A stretch of 64,000 bases of DNA from Macrostomum lignano. Taxonomy: Eukaryota. The stretch lies in the NCBI GenBank assembly GCA_002269645.1, contig NIVC01000300.1, forward strand, positions 248,001 through 312,000, read 5' to 3'. The number at the start of each line of letters is the position of its first letter. The stretch's first letter is position 1. The notes below the pieces were generated by a model that saw nothing but the letters and a program-made list of their open reading frames with translations, ran no database searches and had not been told where the DNA came from. Shown here one piece after another: positions 12,301-23,778 of this stretch. Position numbers and translations under genes: made by a program.

Positions 12301-15300
12301 GACTTTAAATGTAGCCAAAGTTGTTGCGGATCTTTTGGACCTTCAGCCAGAACAGCTGCCCAATCTGATGCTAAAGTGGGATCCAGCTAAACTGTTTGAT
12401 GCACACATCGACTTGACAGAAAGGAAAGGAGAGTTTCAACTGCAATTGACTCAAATGAACTTTGAAATGCACAAATTGGCTATGCAGTTCAATAACACAA
12501 AGCTTTCTGTATCAGCAAGTCTCGGTGCAAAGCCTGTAGCAGCTCCAGCAGCTTCCATTGAAGGAGCACCAGCCCCAGTGTCTGGTACAAAAACGGAAAA
12601 AGAGGAACAATCAAAGTCGAGCAGTGATTCGTTGAGTAAAAAGACACAACAGCCACAACAGAGCAAAGCAGATTCGCCAAAGTATCATGTTACTCTTGAA
12701 GGAGAGCTAAAATTTCTTCGTTTGCCACCACTCGGATACAAAGCGGATTTAAATTCAAACGAAAAAGAAACTATTTTCTCTCTCACATCGGAGTGCAATT
12801 CAGATTTGAGCCTCGCAAACATAGTGGAGTCGTTTGAGTCCCTGTTAGATGTAGAAGCCGGTGTGAGCAAAACAGAGTTTCTATCCGAGATGAAGTTCCA
12901 GCAGATAAAGGTTGAGTACAAAAACGAGAGAAAAAAGCATGTTAAAGAAAAGGCGTCGCAAGCTTCGCCTGTACAAACAGGTGACGAAAAGCATGAAGAC
13001 AAAGCTGTTGAATCAAAGACTGAGAAATTGAATACCGAATCTACTACTGGCGAATCAGATAGCAAACACAGCGTGGCTGTGAGCGCAACAATGCCCTCTT
13101 TCCGATTCCCATTCACTGAAATGATGGAACTAAAGAATCTTAACTTGTCCATCAACTGGAACAGCGTCGAGGGCATGAAAGACTTCAAAGTAACGGCTCA
13201 ACTTTTAATTGCAAAGTACGAAGTCGGAAAGGTGGCCTTCAAATACGGAAAGAATGAAGATGGTGAGAACTCGTGGCTACTAGCTCTTCCCGAATCGTTT
13301 CAGCCTGACGCAGAAGCGCAGCTTGAGCCGCAAGCACTAGAACAGCCGATAAAGTTGAACGAACTGCTCATGTCGCTTCTGGGCATGAGTTCTATGCCAG
13401 ACTTCAAATTGGAAGTGACCCACATCAACCTGTTCATGTCTTGGAAGGAGAGAATACAGCCTGACCGTTGGAAGTTTGTCCTTCAACTCAACGAGCTAGA
13501 GATAGGCAGCGAGGATTTGAAGTTTAGGCTAAAAGATGTCAAGCTAATTGCAAGCAATATGAACGAAAATAAGGATGTTGACATCAAGGAGACGTTTACG
13601 TCTGCAAAGATATCGTTTAGTCTCGAGTTTGGCAACCAACGCACTGCAAAAGTGTTCCAACTGGACAATTGTGAAGCTGAGCTACCCATAAGCAAAAATG
13701 CAAAGTGGAGGCTAAAAGTTCCGAAAAAGTCGGTGAACTACAGTATTGGAGACCTGGCATCGGCTCTGCTACCGCTTAGGGATACGGCAGGTAAAATCAA
13801 TGATTTGGACCTGCCATTCGACTTCACAATCAAAATGCTTGCCTTGGACATGGAGATGACGCGGGATCTCCATTTTTGCGACTTTGATTTTGAAGTTCGT
13901 TGTGGGTTCAAGTCAAGCGTAGAAAAGTTTGAAATAGCTTGTCTGGGCTTCAAAATTTGTTACGGAGACGTAAAAAAGAATGCTGCTTCTTCACAAGAAT
14001 CGAAAATCGATTACGTTTCCTCTGGTGATGATTCAAAGAATTATTCAGGTGGGCTACCGTTAGGAAATAAATGGAAAGTATCGGCTTTTTGTTTGTTTAG
14101 GTTGTTTAATTCCGATTTTTGGATGCTTTTGAATGCAGAAGAGAAAGAATTGATATTCAACTCTGATTTTATTGGCTCTCTAAAGAGCATTGATCGGACG
14201 GGCTCGAAATCGTTATCTTTTTGTGATTTTGCACCTATTGATGACGATGAGGAAGACTGGAGCGTGAAGCCTTTATTAGATAAATTTGGAGAAGTTCCTC
14301 TGCCTGAAAATTCTTTGATTGTGAAAGTGAATTGGAGAAGGAAGACTTTTGTTTTGTCATCTGACTTGGATCGCTTTCAGGTGGCCGTCGCTGGCACAAA
14401 ACCTGGAAAAAAGCAGCTTTATTTAATTGGCTTGATGTATAAGCAAGACGAAAAATTGAGTTCGATTTGGAGCAAGCTGGAATTTTTGGATAGCATTGAT
14501 TGTCTCCCTACGTTTAAGGACATCAAGTTATTTTTATTCTTGCATTCAAGGAAGCTTGACTGTGCCTCAAAGTGTCGGGAGCTGTTTAATGATTTGCAGA
14601 AAGTAATGTCGTTTGGTTCAACCGATTTGCCAAATTTCGTTCAATCGAAAAAAGTCTCGAAGTTAATAGCGGTATTTTCGATCACGGCGCAGATGCCTGA
14701 CAATTGGTTATATACTGTACTCAATTTGGACGGCAGTCAATTTTCTGCCAACCTAGTGGTGCATAGATCAAAGGCTGCATTGGTCGCCTCTCTCGGAGAA
14801 TGTAGGTTGACCAAAAAACTAGTTTTGAATGCTGAGCTTCGACTTGTTAAGGTGAATTCAAAAGTTGATTTTTGCCTTGACGTCAGTCTAAAGTTTCCCC
14901 TGCCAACAAACTTCAAGTGCTCAGAGTTTCACAACGCTGCTTTGGCAGGTTCTCTGGAAGTAAAAACAGCTAAAAAGTCCGTGAGTGGCAGACTGGAGCT
15001 CAGAGGTGATGATGGAACGGCATGGCCCACTCCGTTTGGTCTTAAGTGTTTGACTGTGAGAAAGCTTTCGGCTGAGTTTGGGCTGCAGTTAAAGAAAGCA
15101 ATATCTTTTCAGATTCAAGTAGAAGTGAAGCTTTTCCAAACTGAACTTGGATTGACTGTTCAAGTGGTGGATGGCTTGATAGTAGCAGCAAATTTTTATT
15201 TCTATTATGATGGTAGTGTAAAAGAGCCACTTAGTCTCGTTGACTTATTAAAAGTTTTTGAAGGAGAAATTGATCTTGAGGTGGCTCGACTACTTCTTCC

Positions 15301-18300
15301 TGCATTCGATCACTTGTTTTTCTTGTACATCGCGCCTAGATTTAGTCTGGAGAATGTTAAATTTCCGGATCGAGCAGAATTCGTCCAGAGAATTAGCCAG
15401 GCTCAGGAGCAAAGTTGTGAGGGCAAAACCAGTGAAAAAACTCATGAATCTGACGGTAAAGGAAGTGATGTGGCTGGTTTCGTAACTTCTTTTGATTTTT
15501 CCGGACCAGTAGTAAAACTTGACGCTTCGATAACTTGGTTTGGTGCAACTGTAGCTCTGTGGGGAGAAATTTCGTGGGGAGATCCTAAAAATCCACGGCT
15601 ACAGTTTGGCGGATTGGTTAAAAAGCCTGTCAGAATTCTGCAACTTCTTGAAATATCGGAGTTCGACCAGCCCGCTGAAACGGGCCCGTATATCAACTTT
15701 CTAGTCAACAGGCAGGACGGTGTGAAGTTTTATTCAAGTGCTCGAATAAAGTTTCTCTTCTTGTGCGTTGGCGTGAAAATCGAACTCGACAGCAGCAGAA
15801 AATGCTTTAAGATTTCCGGAACATTTGAAATTCTTCACACGCTAAAAGTTTCAGGTTATATTTGCTTCGGCCTTCGCGGCTTCGTACCAACAATTGACTG
15901 GAATTTCAACTTTGAAATTAGCGAAAACATAAAAACTTTCATCGAAAAAGTCGTCAACAAAGTCACAGAGTTCTTTAGCGACATCGAGAAGAGCCTTGAT
16001 TCTAAAATCAAAAGCTTAGAAGAGAAGATTGAAAATTCGGAAGGAATCTGGAACATTGTACTTCGTGTCACAGATTCACTGCTTAAAGTTGGACGAGCTA
16101 TCATGCATGGAATAATGGCAGGCATAGATTTTATCGCTAATTGCATACAAGGGATCCGCGACTTTTTCAACAGAATATGGAACGAAAAATCTCCCCTAAC
16201 AACGGAGAACAGTCCCGTCAAGAAAATGTTGGTTTCTGGAGAAACTGAGAAGGATGGAGAGTTTCGAGCTTCCGCGTGCTACCATGTAGAAATGGAGGGC
16301 CAAACGTGCGCTGGAAAGTTCGAGTTCATGTTCAGTGATGCCTCCGGAGAAGAGTCCAGGACAAAGTTTGAAAACGGAATCGTAGACAGCATAGCGTCAG
16401 ACTACGTCGCCGCAAAATCTACGCAGCACGGGGGAGATCAAGAGCCAAACTTTTCTGACACGAACTTGACGGAAGAAAACCGACAGCAACTGAATTCAAT
16501 GAAGTCGCGCCTCGAAAAAGTCCAATCTCTGATGCAGGAAGCTAATAACAAAAAATTGATATCCGAATTTGACGACGGAGATAGTCGACGGTATTGCGGT
16601 GACAACAATGACCAGGGTAAAAATTCCGAAGGTCTTGACACATATGGACAAACCACCTGTGAAAATGATCAAGTTGATTCAGCGAGCAGAGATTGTGCAA
16701 CACAAAAAACTGAGAACGAGTGTAAGACTTTTAAGAACCGTGAAACGGCAAATGATAGCGATCGAGAAAATTTTGAACTGAAGTCTGAATCCATAGAGGA
16801 GCAACCAAAAACTGAACAAAAGGAACCGGATTGTGGAGAGAAACGGGAAGAAGAGGAGCATGAAAAACGAGTGAACGAGCAAGTGAACTCTGAAGAAAAA
16901 CAGGAAGAAAAGCAGGAAGAAGCTGAAGAAAAGCAGGAAGAAGCTGAAGAAAAGCAGGAAGAAAAGCAGGAAGTAGCTGAAGAAAAGCAAGAAGAAAAGC
17001 AGGAAGAAGCTGAAGAAAAGCAGGAAGAAGCTGAAGAAAAGCAGGAAGAAAAGCAGGAAGTAGCTGAAGAAAAGCAAGAAGAAAAGCAGGAAGAAGCTGA
17101 AGAAAAGCAAGAAGAAAAGCAGGAAGAAACTGAAGAAAAGCAGGAAGAAGCTGAAGAAAAGCAAGAAGAAAAGCAGGAAGAAACTGAAGAAAAGCAGGAA
17201 GAAGCTGAAGAAAAGCAGGAAGAAGCTGAAGAAAAGCAAGAAGAAAAGCAGGAAGAGGCTGAAGAAAAGCAAGAAGAAAAGCAGGAAGAAACTGAAGAAA
17301 AGCAGGAAGAAACTGAAGAAAAGCAGGAAGAAGCTGAAGAAAAGCAGGAAGAAACTGAAGAAAAGCAGGAAGAAGCTGAAGAAAAGCAGGAAGAAGCTGA
17401 AGAAAAGCAAGAAGAAAAGCAGGAAGAGGCTGAAGAAAAGCAAGAAGAAAAGCAGGAAGAAACTGAAGAAAAGCAGGAAGAAGCTGAAGAAAAGCAGGAA
17501 GAAGCTGAAGAAAAGCAAGAAGAAAAGCAGGAAGAGGCTGAAGAAAAGCAAGAAGAAAAGCAGGAAGAAACTGAAGAAAAGCAGGAAGAAACTGAAGAAA
17601 AGCAGGAAGAAGCTGAAGAAAAGCAGGAAGAGGTGGAAGAAAAGAAGGCAGAAGCAGAAGAAAGGCAGGCAGAAGCTTCAGACGATCAGCCAGAATCTGA
17701 AGTTTGTGGATCGGAAATCAAAGACAATCACCTAGAAGCAGAAGACAATGAACAAGAAGCTGAAGAAAATCAGGTACTCGAGGAAGCTGAACGCAGTGAA
17801 GTAAAGGCTGAAAACAAGCAGTCTGAAGCTGAAGAATATCAAAGAGAAAATAGCTCAAAGGAACCAGATACCGAAAGAGTTAAAATCAAAGAGAGTTTCT
17901 CCAAAACTGAAGAGAGTGTATCAGCAGAACCAGTATCAGCAACTGAAAATTCTGAGAATGAAGAGAGCCAACATGTAACTTCAAGTAGCCAACCTCAGGC
18001 TGAACGGAGCCACTTTGAATCCGAAGAGAGCCAACCTGATGCTAAAGAGAGCCAACCTGATGCTAAAGAGAGCCAACCTGATGCTAAAGAGAGCCAACCT
18101 GATGCTAAAGAGAGCCAACCTGATGCTAAAGAGAGCCAACCTGATGCTAAAGAGAGCCAACCTGATGCTAAAGAGAGCCAACCTGATGCTAAAGAGAGCC
18201 AACCTGATGCTAAAGAGAGCCAACCTGAAGCTAAAGAGAGCCAACCTAATGCTAAAGAGAGCCAACCTGAAGCTAAAGAGAGCCAACCTGATGCTAAAGA

Positions 18301-21139
18301 GAGCCAACCTGATGCTAAAGAGAGCCAACCTGATGTTAAAGAGAGCCAACCTGATGCTAAAGAGAGCCAACCTGATGGTAAAGAGAGCCAACCTGATGCT
18401 AAAGAGAGCCAACCTGATGGTAAAGAGAGCCAGCCTGAAGCTAAAGAGAGCCAGCCTGAAGCTAAAGAGAGCCAACCTGAAGCTAAAGAGAGCCAACCTG
18501 AAGCTATAGAGAGCCAGCCTGAAGCAAAGGAGAGACAGCCTGAAGCTGCCGAATATCCATCAGAAAATCAGGACGAGAATATTGCGACAGATCAAAAGCG
18601 ATCGGAGCCAATAGAGAGACGAGTTAGTTTTGCTAGCTTAGATGATGCAAGCCTGCATGGAGAACATCATGGCAATAATGATGGACCGCTGGTGCAGGAA
18701 CCAAAAAATTCCTATTTGGAAGATGACGATCAAAATGATGACTCACCAAATGGTAACGCACTTGAGGATTCTATGGAGCAACAGATGAAAGAAGTTGGAC
18801 ATGATGATTTCGATGGCGATCCGTGCACGATACGGTTTGGCTTTGAACTGAGTGAAAACGATGCTGCAAATCAAGGATCAGCTGAAGATTCTGTTTCGGT
18901 TGAAGAGGAAACTCAAAATGATACCGAAAATGATACTGAAAGTGGCACTGCGGATGACACTGAAAGTTCCGATTCTGAGCCACAAAAGCCAACACCTGAA
19001 AGTGGCGGTTACCTCCTGCGAGCATCGGAACTGACCGATGAGGATAAAAAGCAGCAAGTGCCTGAAAGCAGCTTGCAATGCGACATGAGCGGCAAAAATG
19101 TTCCAGGAGAGTGTGAATTCCACGAGACCGAAAGCAGAGAGGATTCGAATGACAACTCCTTAAAAACCGAGATTGCTCCAACTGAGAGGCGCGAACGTGT
19201 CCGAAGAAATAAGAAAATCGCAATATTTAAAGCGGAAGAAACCAACTGGTACAACATTCGTCACCTTGAATTTTACAACTTTTTTCTGTGTCAAAAAAGA
19301 AAATCAGAAGACCTTTTCCAACTTGCAGAAGCAATGAGCGTACCAGCTTCCGGCTCCAGAGTTTTGAGTCCCAGTAGCAGGCTGCAAGAACAGAAGGCGT
19401 TGATATTTATTGACTTTCGATGCATTGAAAGAGGCTATAGTGAGAGTTTGAATTACTTGTTGTTTCGTCTTCTGAGAGAAGCGAGCAGGAATGGAATACC
19501 TACAGATGTTGTGCTGACCGGTGACAGAAACTTTCAGGTGGAAAACCAGCGCTACGAATGCGTGATAAATATTCCTGCCGTCGTGTTTGAGGCTAAAAAG
19601 CCAATAATGCCACACAGCTTCCGCAAGCTGCTCCACAGGCTCCGTAGCCACACAGATGACGAGGCCATGATGCAATTCTACTGCGAGCACATTCAATGTA
19701 CCCCTCAATGGCTGTTCCTGATCACGAACAATTTCCGGTCATTTTCGCAGTTAGCAAAAAGACAGCTTGCAGATGTCAAGAGACCTGAAGCGTATTACGC
19801 TTTGCTTGGTGATGAAGCTGGTTCAATTGAATTCGGGAGCATTGCACTTGACGAACCCGAACCTCAGTTTGTTCCTGACGACTTTATTGCATCTCTAAGC
19901 TTTATGAAGACCGGGAGCGAATCCCCAGCCGAGCAAGACTGGAATAATCTATTTATGATTCCTGAAACTTTCAAAAAAGAAGTATTAGAAGAATGGGGAG
20001 TGCTGGAAAGTGCCGAAAGGGAAGTTGATACCACAGTGTTGAAACCACGCGGTGTTGATACTACAGATCGAAGAATAAAGGTATTCATAAAGGCCACAAA
20101 ATGCTTGCCAGCACTTCAACGAACATCATTATTGCCAACAGAGCATTTGAAATCTCATCAAACCATCAATTTTTCTGAATCTGAAACTAAAGAGGCGAAA
20201 GAAAGCTGGATGCTGATAAGGGAAACGACCGAGTCGGTTTGGATACAAATTTTTAAAGAGTTTCAGGGAATTTTTGCCAATTCCCGAAAGCGATATCGGC
20301 TAGCCGCTAGAGGCAAGAAGCTGAGCATTCGGGGGTTAATGAACTGGTACATGACAAACGGAGCAAACAACTTGATTTGGCTTCGGCCAATAGAATCACA
20401 GCGACGCGTCAAAATTGCTATGGGCATTGCTGTTGCTCTCACCAGCAGCACCATCAGCGCCAGACCCCTGCTGCTCCACAGTTTAGTGACCCTAGTCGAG
20501 GCATTTGAACGATTGAAGATTTCCGTATGCTGCGTGTCATTCTCAGAATCCTTGACAGTCATTAAGAACCCTGGCGTGGTCTGGCAGGTATCCGATAAAA
20601 TTCAACTGCTGAGATCCTTCACAAGCTTGGAGATTGTCCAATCAGTAAAAAGAGAAAAAGACATATATGCACTGCATCATTTAATGGCTCTTCTGCTGAA
20701 CGACGCAACCTTATCTTGGAATGACTACCGCACCATTCTGGTGCTCACGGACTCGGAGGTACCACAGTGTCAAAGGGAGAAAATAAGTGACTTTGAATTG
20801 CAAGCAGCCAGCAGAGGCGTGAAATGCTTTGCACTGAGTGTTGGAGAAGCAATGGCTGACCAGTACGGACTGTCAAAAAGCGTTCATGCCAGCAACATAG
20901 GTGGTTTGCCAGCTGCAGTGAAAACTATTCTAATGCAGCCTACGGGAGAAGAAGCAGAGTCAAGTCAAGCTCGGCATAACTGGTCAGATACTCCTGACAG
21001 CGAGAAACCATCATGGGATAATTACTGTGATGATTGCAACTGTATGAAACTGAATCCTGTCAAGCCTGACGGGGCTAATCCAAACGATGGAAAGTATTTG
21101 TCGGTCGGATTTGATTACTGCACTTTGGACAAAAAATAA
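314..21139 (+). CDS. Giant midasin-like AAA+ / beta-repeat / acidic / VWA protein (5'-partial, ~6,940 aa after repairing 1 in-frame TAA and 3 single-base deletions)
   Basis: AT-rich intron ending TTTCCAG at 313, then VQFVCTMNPVSVGGGRQNLS (midasin-type TMNP..GGR..L). ORFs 302-484, 560-8008, 8008-9465, 9345-11954 and 11954-21139 join into one frame. Walker A GPPASGKTS at 827-853; DLLGG...GFKFIDGPLLSALKEGAWVLLD; C-terminal GKKLSIRGLMNWYMTNGANNLIWLR resembles the midasin pre-MIDAS segment GKRLNMRKIIPYIAS..KDKIWLR. Not called MDN1 because the central region is unlike midasin. Confidence 0.8.
800..1480 (+). other. MoxR/midasin-type AAA+ module with long helix-2 insert
   Basis: VCLLTGPPASGKT (Walker A), ETSIADLLGG, ~75-aa basic insert, DGPLLSALKEG, WVLLDGVDLA (Walker B position), EVLERLNSL, ICTTT, QLSESFKNRC (R finger region). 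Confidence 0.85.
4091..13896 (+). repeat. Coding tandem repeat, 2,181-bp (727-aa) unit, ~4.5 near-identical copies
   Basis: CTCGCAAACATAGTGGAG recurs at 4091, 6272, 8452, 10632 and 12812; identity is lost after TTTGAAGT at ~13896. The same shadow ORFs recur at this spacing in the ORF track. Confidence 0.97.
16892..17640 (+). repeat. Coding low-complexity repeat (EEKQ / EEKQEEA / EEKQEET; 12- and 21-bp units)
   Basis: GAAGAAAAGCAGGAAGAAGCT-type units read in frame in ORF 11954-21139. Confidence 0.95.
18024..18545 (+). repeat. Coding 21-bp heptad repeat (ESQPDAK), ~25 copies
   Basis: GAGAGCCAACCTGATGCTAAA tandem units with D/E/N and A/G/V variants. Confidence 0.95.
20290..20940 (+). other. 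C-terminal midasin/CobT-type VWA domain, MIDAS motif degenerate
   Basis: GKKLSIRG...IWLR...KIAMGIAVALTSST...SLVTLVEAFERLKISVCCVSFSESLTVI...TILVLTDSE...CFALSVG follows the VWA beta/alpha order; the DxSxS aspartate is absent. Confidence 0.7.
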
Positions 21140-23573
21140 TCGTCGAATGAACAGCTCAGTCTCCGTGGTAAGTAACTTTTTTACACATGAGGTTCCATAA
21201 AGTTGCTGAAAGAAGTTTCTCGTCCATCAGAATAGTTTTCCCTCTTTTTACCATTGCAGACCTGATAAATGATAATGTGAAAGTATGGACATTATACAAG
21301 TCTGTCTGATTCATAACTAAATCAGAAATTTCTGACTTAACATTTTTATATTTATTTTTCGTCTACATGTTCTACTTTGCTAAAATTAACTATTCTTCTT
21401 AACTTCATTCGAATTAAATTGTTTAAATCGAAAAAATCTGAAACGATTCAACGAACTAAAACAAAATTTTGGCTACTATCTAAGCATCTAGGTTATAATT
21501 AACGTGTCTACGAGATAATCAACCAAAAACAATTGTCTCTGAAATTTCCAAACAAATCTTGTGACATCTTGTGATCAAGATTGATCAAGTACTGTATAAA
21601 AATACGCTGGTAGCAGTAATAAAGATTAATGCACTCTCCAACACGCTTTTGTGCTATCTGATACAAAGATATATGTTCATGAAACGCGAATTATATTTCT
21701 TTATAACAATTTATTTCGAATGATGCACAAATGCTCTGACTGAGATTCTTCGCTTTGTTTGGAGCTTAAAAGGCTTCGCTGTTTGTTTCATATACTCCGC
21801 AACTGCTTCTAGCTAAGCTCTAGCTCTAATTTCCTTTTAGCTAATGCTGCTTAGTTCTACAGTAGTGTTTTCTGTTGAATACTCATAGTAGTATATATAG
21901 TTAGGCGATCTTTTACTTTTGCACGATAAGTTAATTCTTTGAAAAATTGCAGTTTCTGTTCAGTTTAATGAATTCAATGGATAGATATTGTCAACTGTCA
22001 ACTAGTGAAACTGGTGAACAACGTACTCAATCGGCTTGAACAGGTCACCAACTATATGAGTTGTAGTAGAATAGTTGTAGGTGCAGGTGGGCGGCCAACT
22101 ATGGTTTCAGTTGCGTACGAGCTAACTGCTTAAGTTATGAGTCTACTGCATCTGCCCCATACTGACTGAATCTAGCCTGATTGTAAGAGACTTTGTGTCA
22201 GAGACAAATCTTTTAAGCCACATCATTCTGCGGCTGTGTGCCCATTCAAATTGCAAATTTACAAAGAAAACAATTAAACGCGGAAAAGTAAAAAGATCTT
22301 TGATCGTTGGTTTTATATAATATTTTTCTTAAACACCACTTAACAAATTGTAAACTGTTTGATATAGGATACAAGATCAGAATTATTAAAGGCCTAACTA
22401 AAGTTTATTTATACGAATTTCAACAGTTAAACCGTAATCTATAGTTTTCTGGACACTGCAAGCAAGCAGTTCGCCCAAAAGTTCATATGTAGCAATCGTA
22501 TACAACGTGTTTTTTATAGATTTTTCACTAGTTTCACATGTATGCTTTTCCCGTTTGATCCCAACAGCCATGATTTTTTACTTTTACGATCTTTTAATTG
22601 CAGACCTAGCCCTTTCTTAAGTCTAAGATTAATGTGAGACAAATAATTTAGTACTCGTAGCGTTTAAAAGATTAACCTTCAGACAAGCGGCTTCTGTAGG
22701 ACTTAGATTTATTTGTTTTTTTCATTACTCGATCTTTTTTAAAACTTACGGTACAGCCTGATGATTATTTTGCTCCACACTATTAGAATGAAACACGATT
22801 ATTAAATTTTATGCTTTATCATTATAGCTGTATTCGCTTGTATATTGTGGTTTTGACCTTGCACTTTACTTCATCGAGGTTGTAAATGTTTTTGCGCATG
22901 TATATTCCTGCTATACCGGATTCGCAAATTTCACTATCCAAGAATTCAGTTTTTTATAAGTATAATCTGAATCGTTGTTTCTTACGCCTATATATAGAAA
23001 TACTCAGCAACATCGAAAAGTCGCCATCACAGAAGATTCCGTCTGTGGTCGCCACTTTTGACAACAGAAGTTTCTCAATCCTTGCGAGTGACGCAACTTT
23101 AGCTAGCTACACAGACTTGAGTTGAGGAATGAAAAGTGGGGGAGCGGTGTGCGAGGGTTGGACGGATTAAAGCTACCTGATCAGTTTTCTCGCATCTTTT
23201 ATTTCAGAATAGGCCAAGAGAAATTGCTCACTGGCGCATAGAGTGGCAACTTTTCAATATTGCTGAGTATAACAAGTATAGCAAGTATAACAAAATGAGT
23301 ATAAGAGTTGTTAAGTATAACAAAGACTTTTTTACTATATAATAATAAACGTTTATTGCATCAGCCGTCAATAAAACTTCTGCTACAAATTACCATTTAA
23401 CTATAAAATCGTAAAGAGATGTCCCTGGTGTTCAACTTCCTTGTAAACTTAGGATACATCACTGTAAAATACCTACACGTTACCGCTAACGATGGAAAGG
23501 ATTCTTATTCACTCGTTAAGTTTCTGATGTTTGTATAAATTACTCACTGCAAGTGGCATATACTAGAGTGGTG

Positions 23574-23778
23574 TTGGTTTTGTCAGCCTGAGAATAAAGC
23601 CATCCAAAGTGAGAATCCTGCCTACGCTGAATACGAAGGCAGTGAACTTTGCTTGTCCTTTACGAGTATGGTCTATGGCCCATAGACTAAGGCTGCACGC
23701 AGCCAGGCCCTTCGCAGTCAGCGTAGGCAGGATTCTCACTTTGGATGGCTTTATTCTCAGTTAGGCTGACAAAACCAA
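23574..23778. mobile_element. MITE-like foldback element
   Basis: Perfect 43-bp inverted repeat (23588-23630 / 23718-23760) plus a 14-bp outer inverted repeat (23574-23587 / 23765-23778) and an 87-bp spacer; no ORF. TSD not identified. Confidence 0.65.

Noticed and set aside
3424-13695. Recurring minus-strand ORFs of 63-347 aa
   Set aside because: Antisense shadows that repeat with the 2,181-bp unit; no independent motifs.
16679-18496. Long antisense and alternative-frame ORFs (Phe/Leu-rich 290 aa; RLALFSI repeats)
   Set aside because: Shadows of the EEKQ and ESQPDAK coding repeats.
314-21139. Calling the giant gene MDN1
   Set aside because: The ends are midasin-like, but the central ~4,700 aa, the degenerate MIDAS and the extra VWA-like domain do not match canonical midasin.
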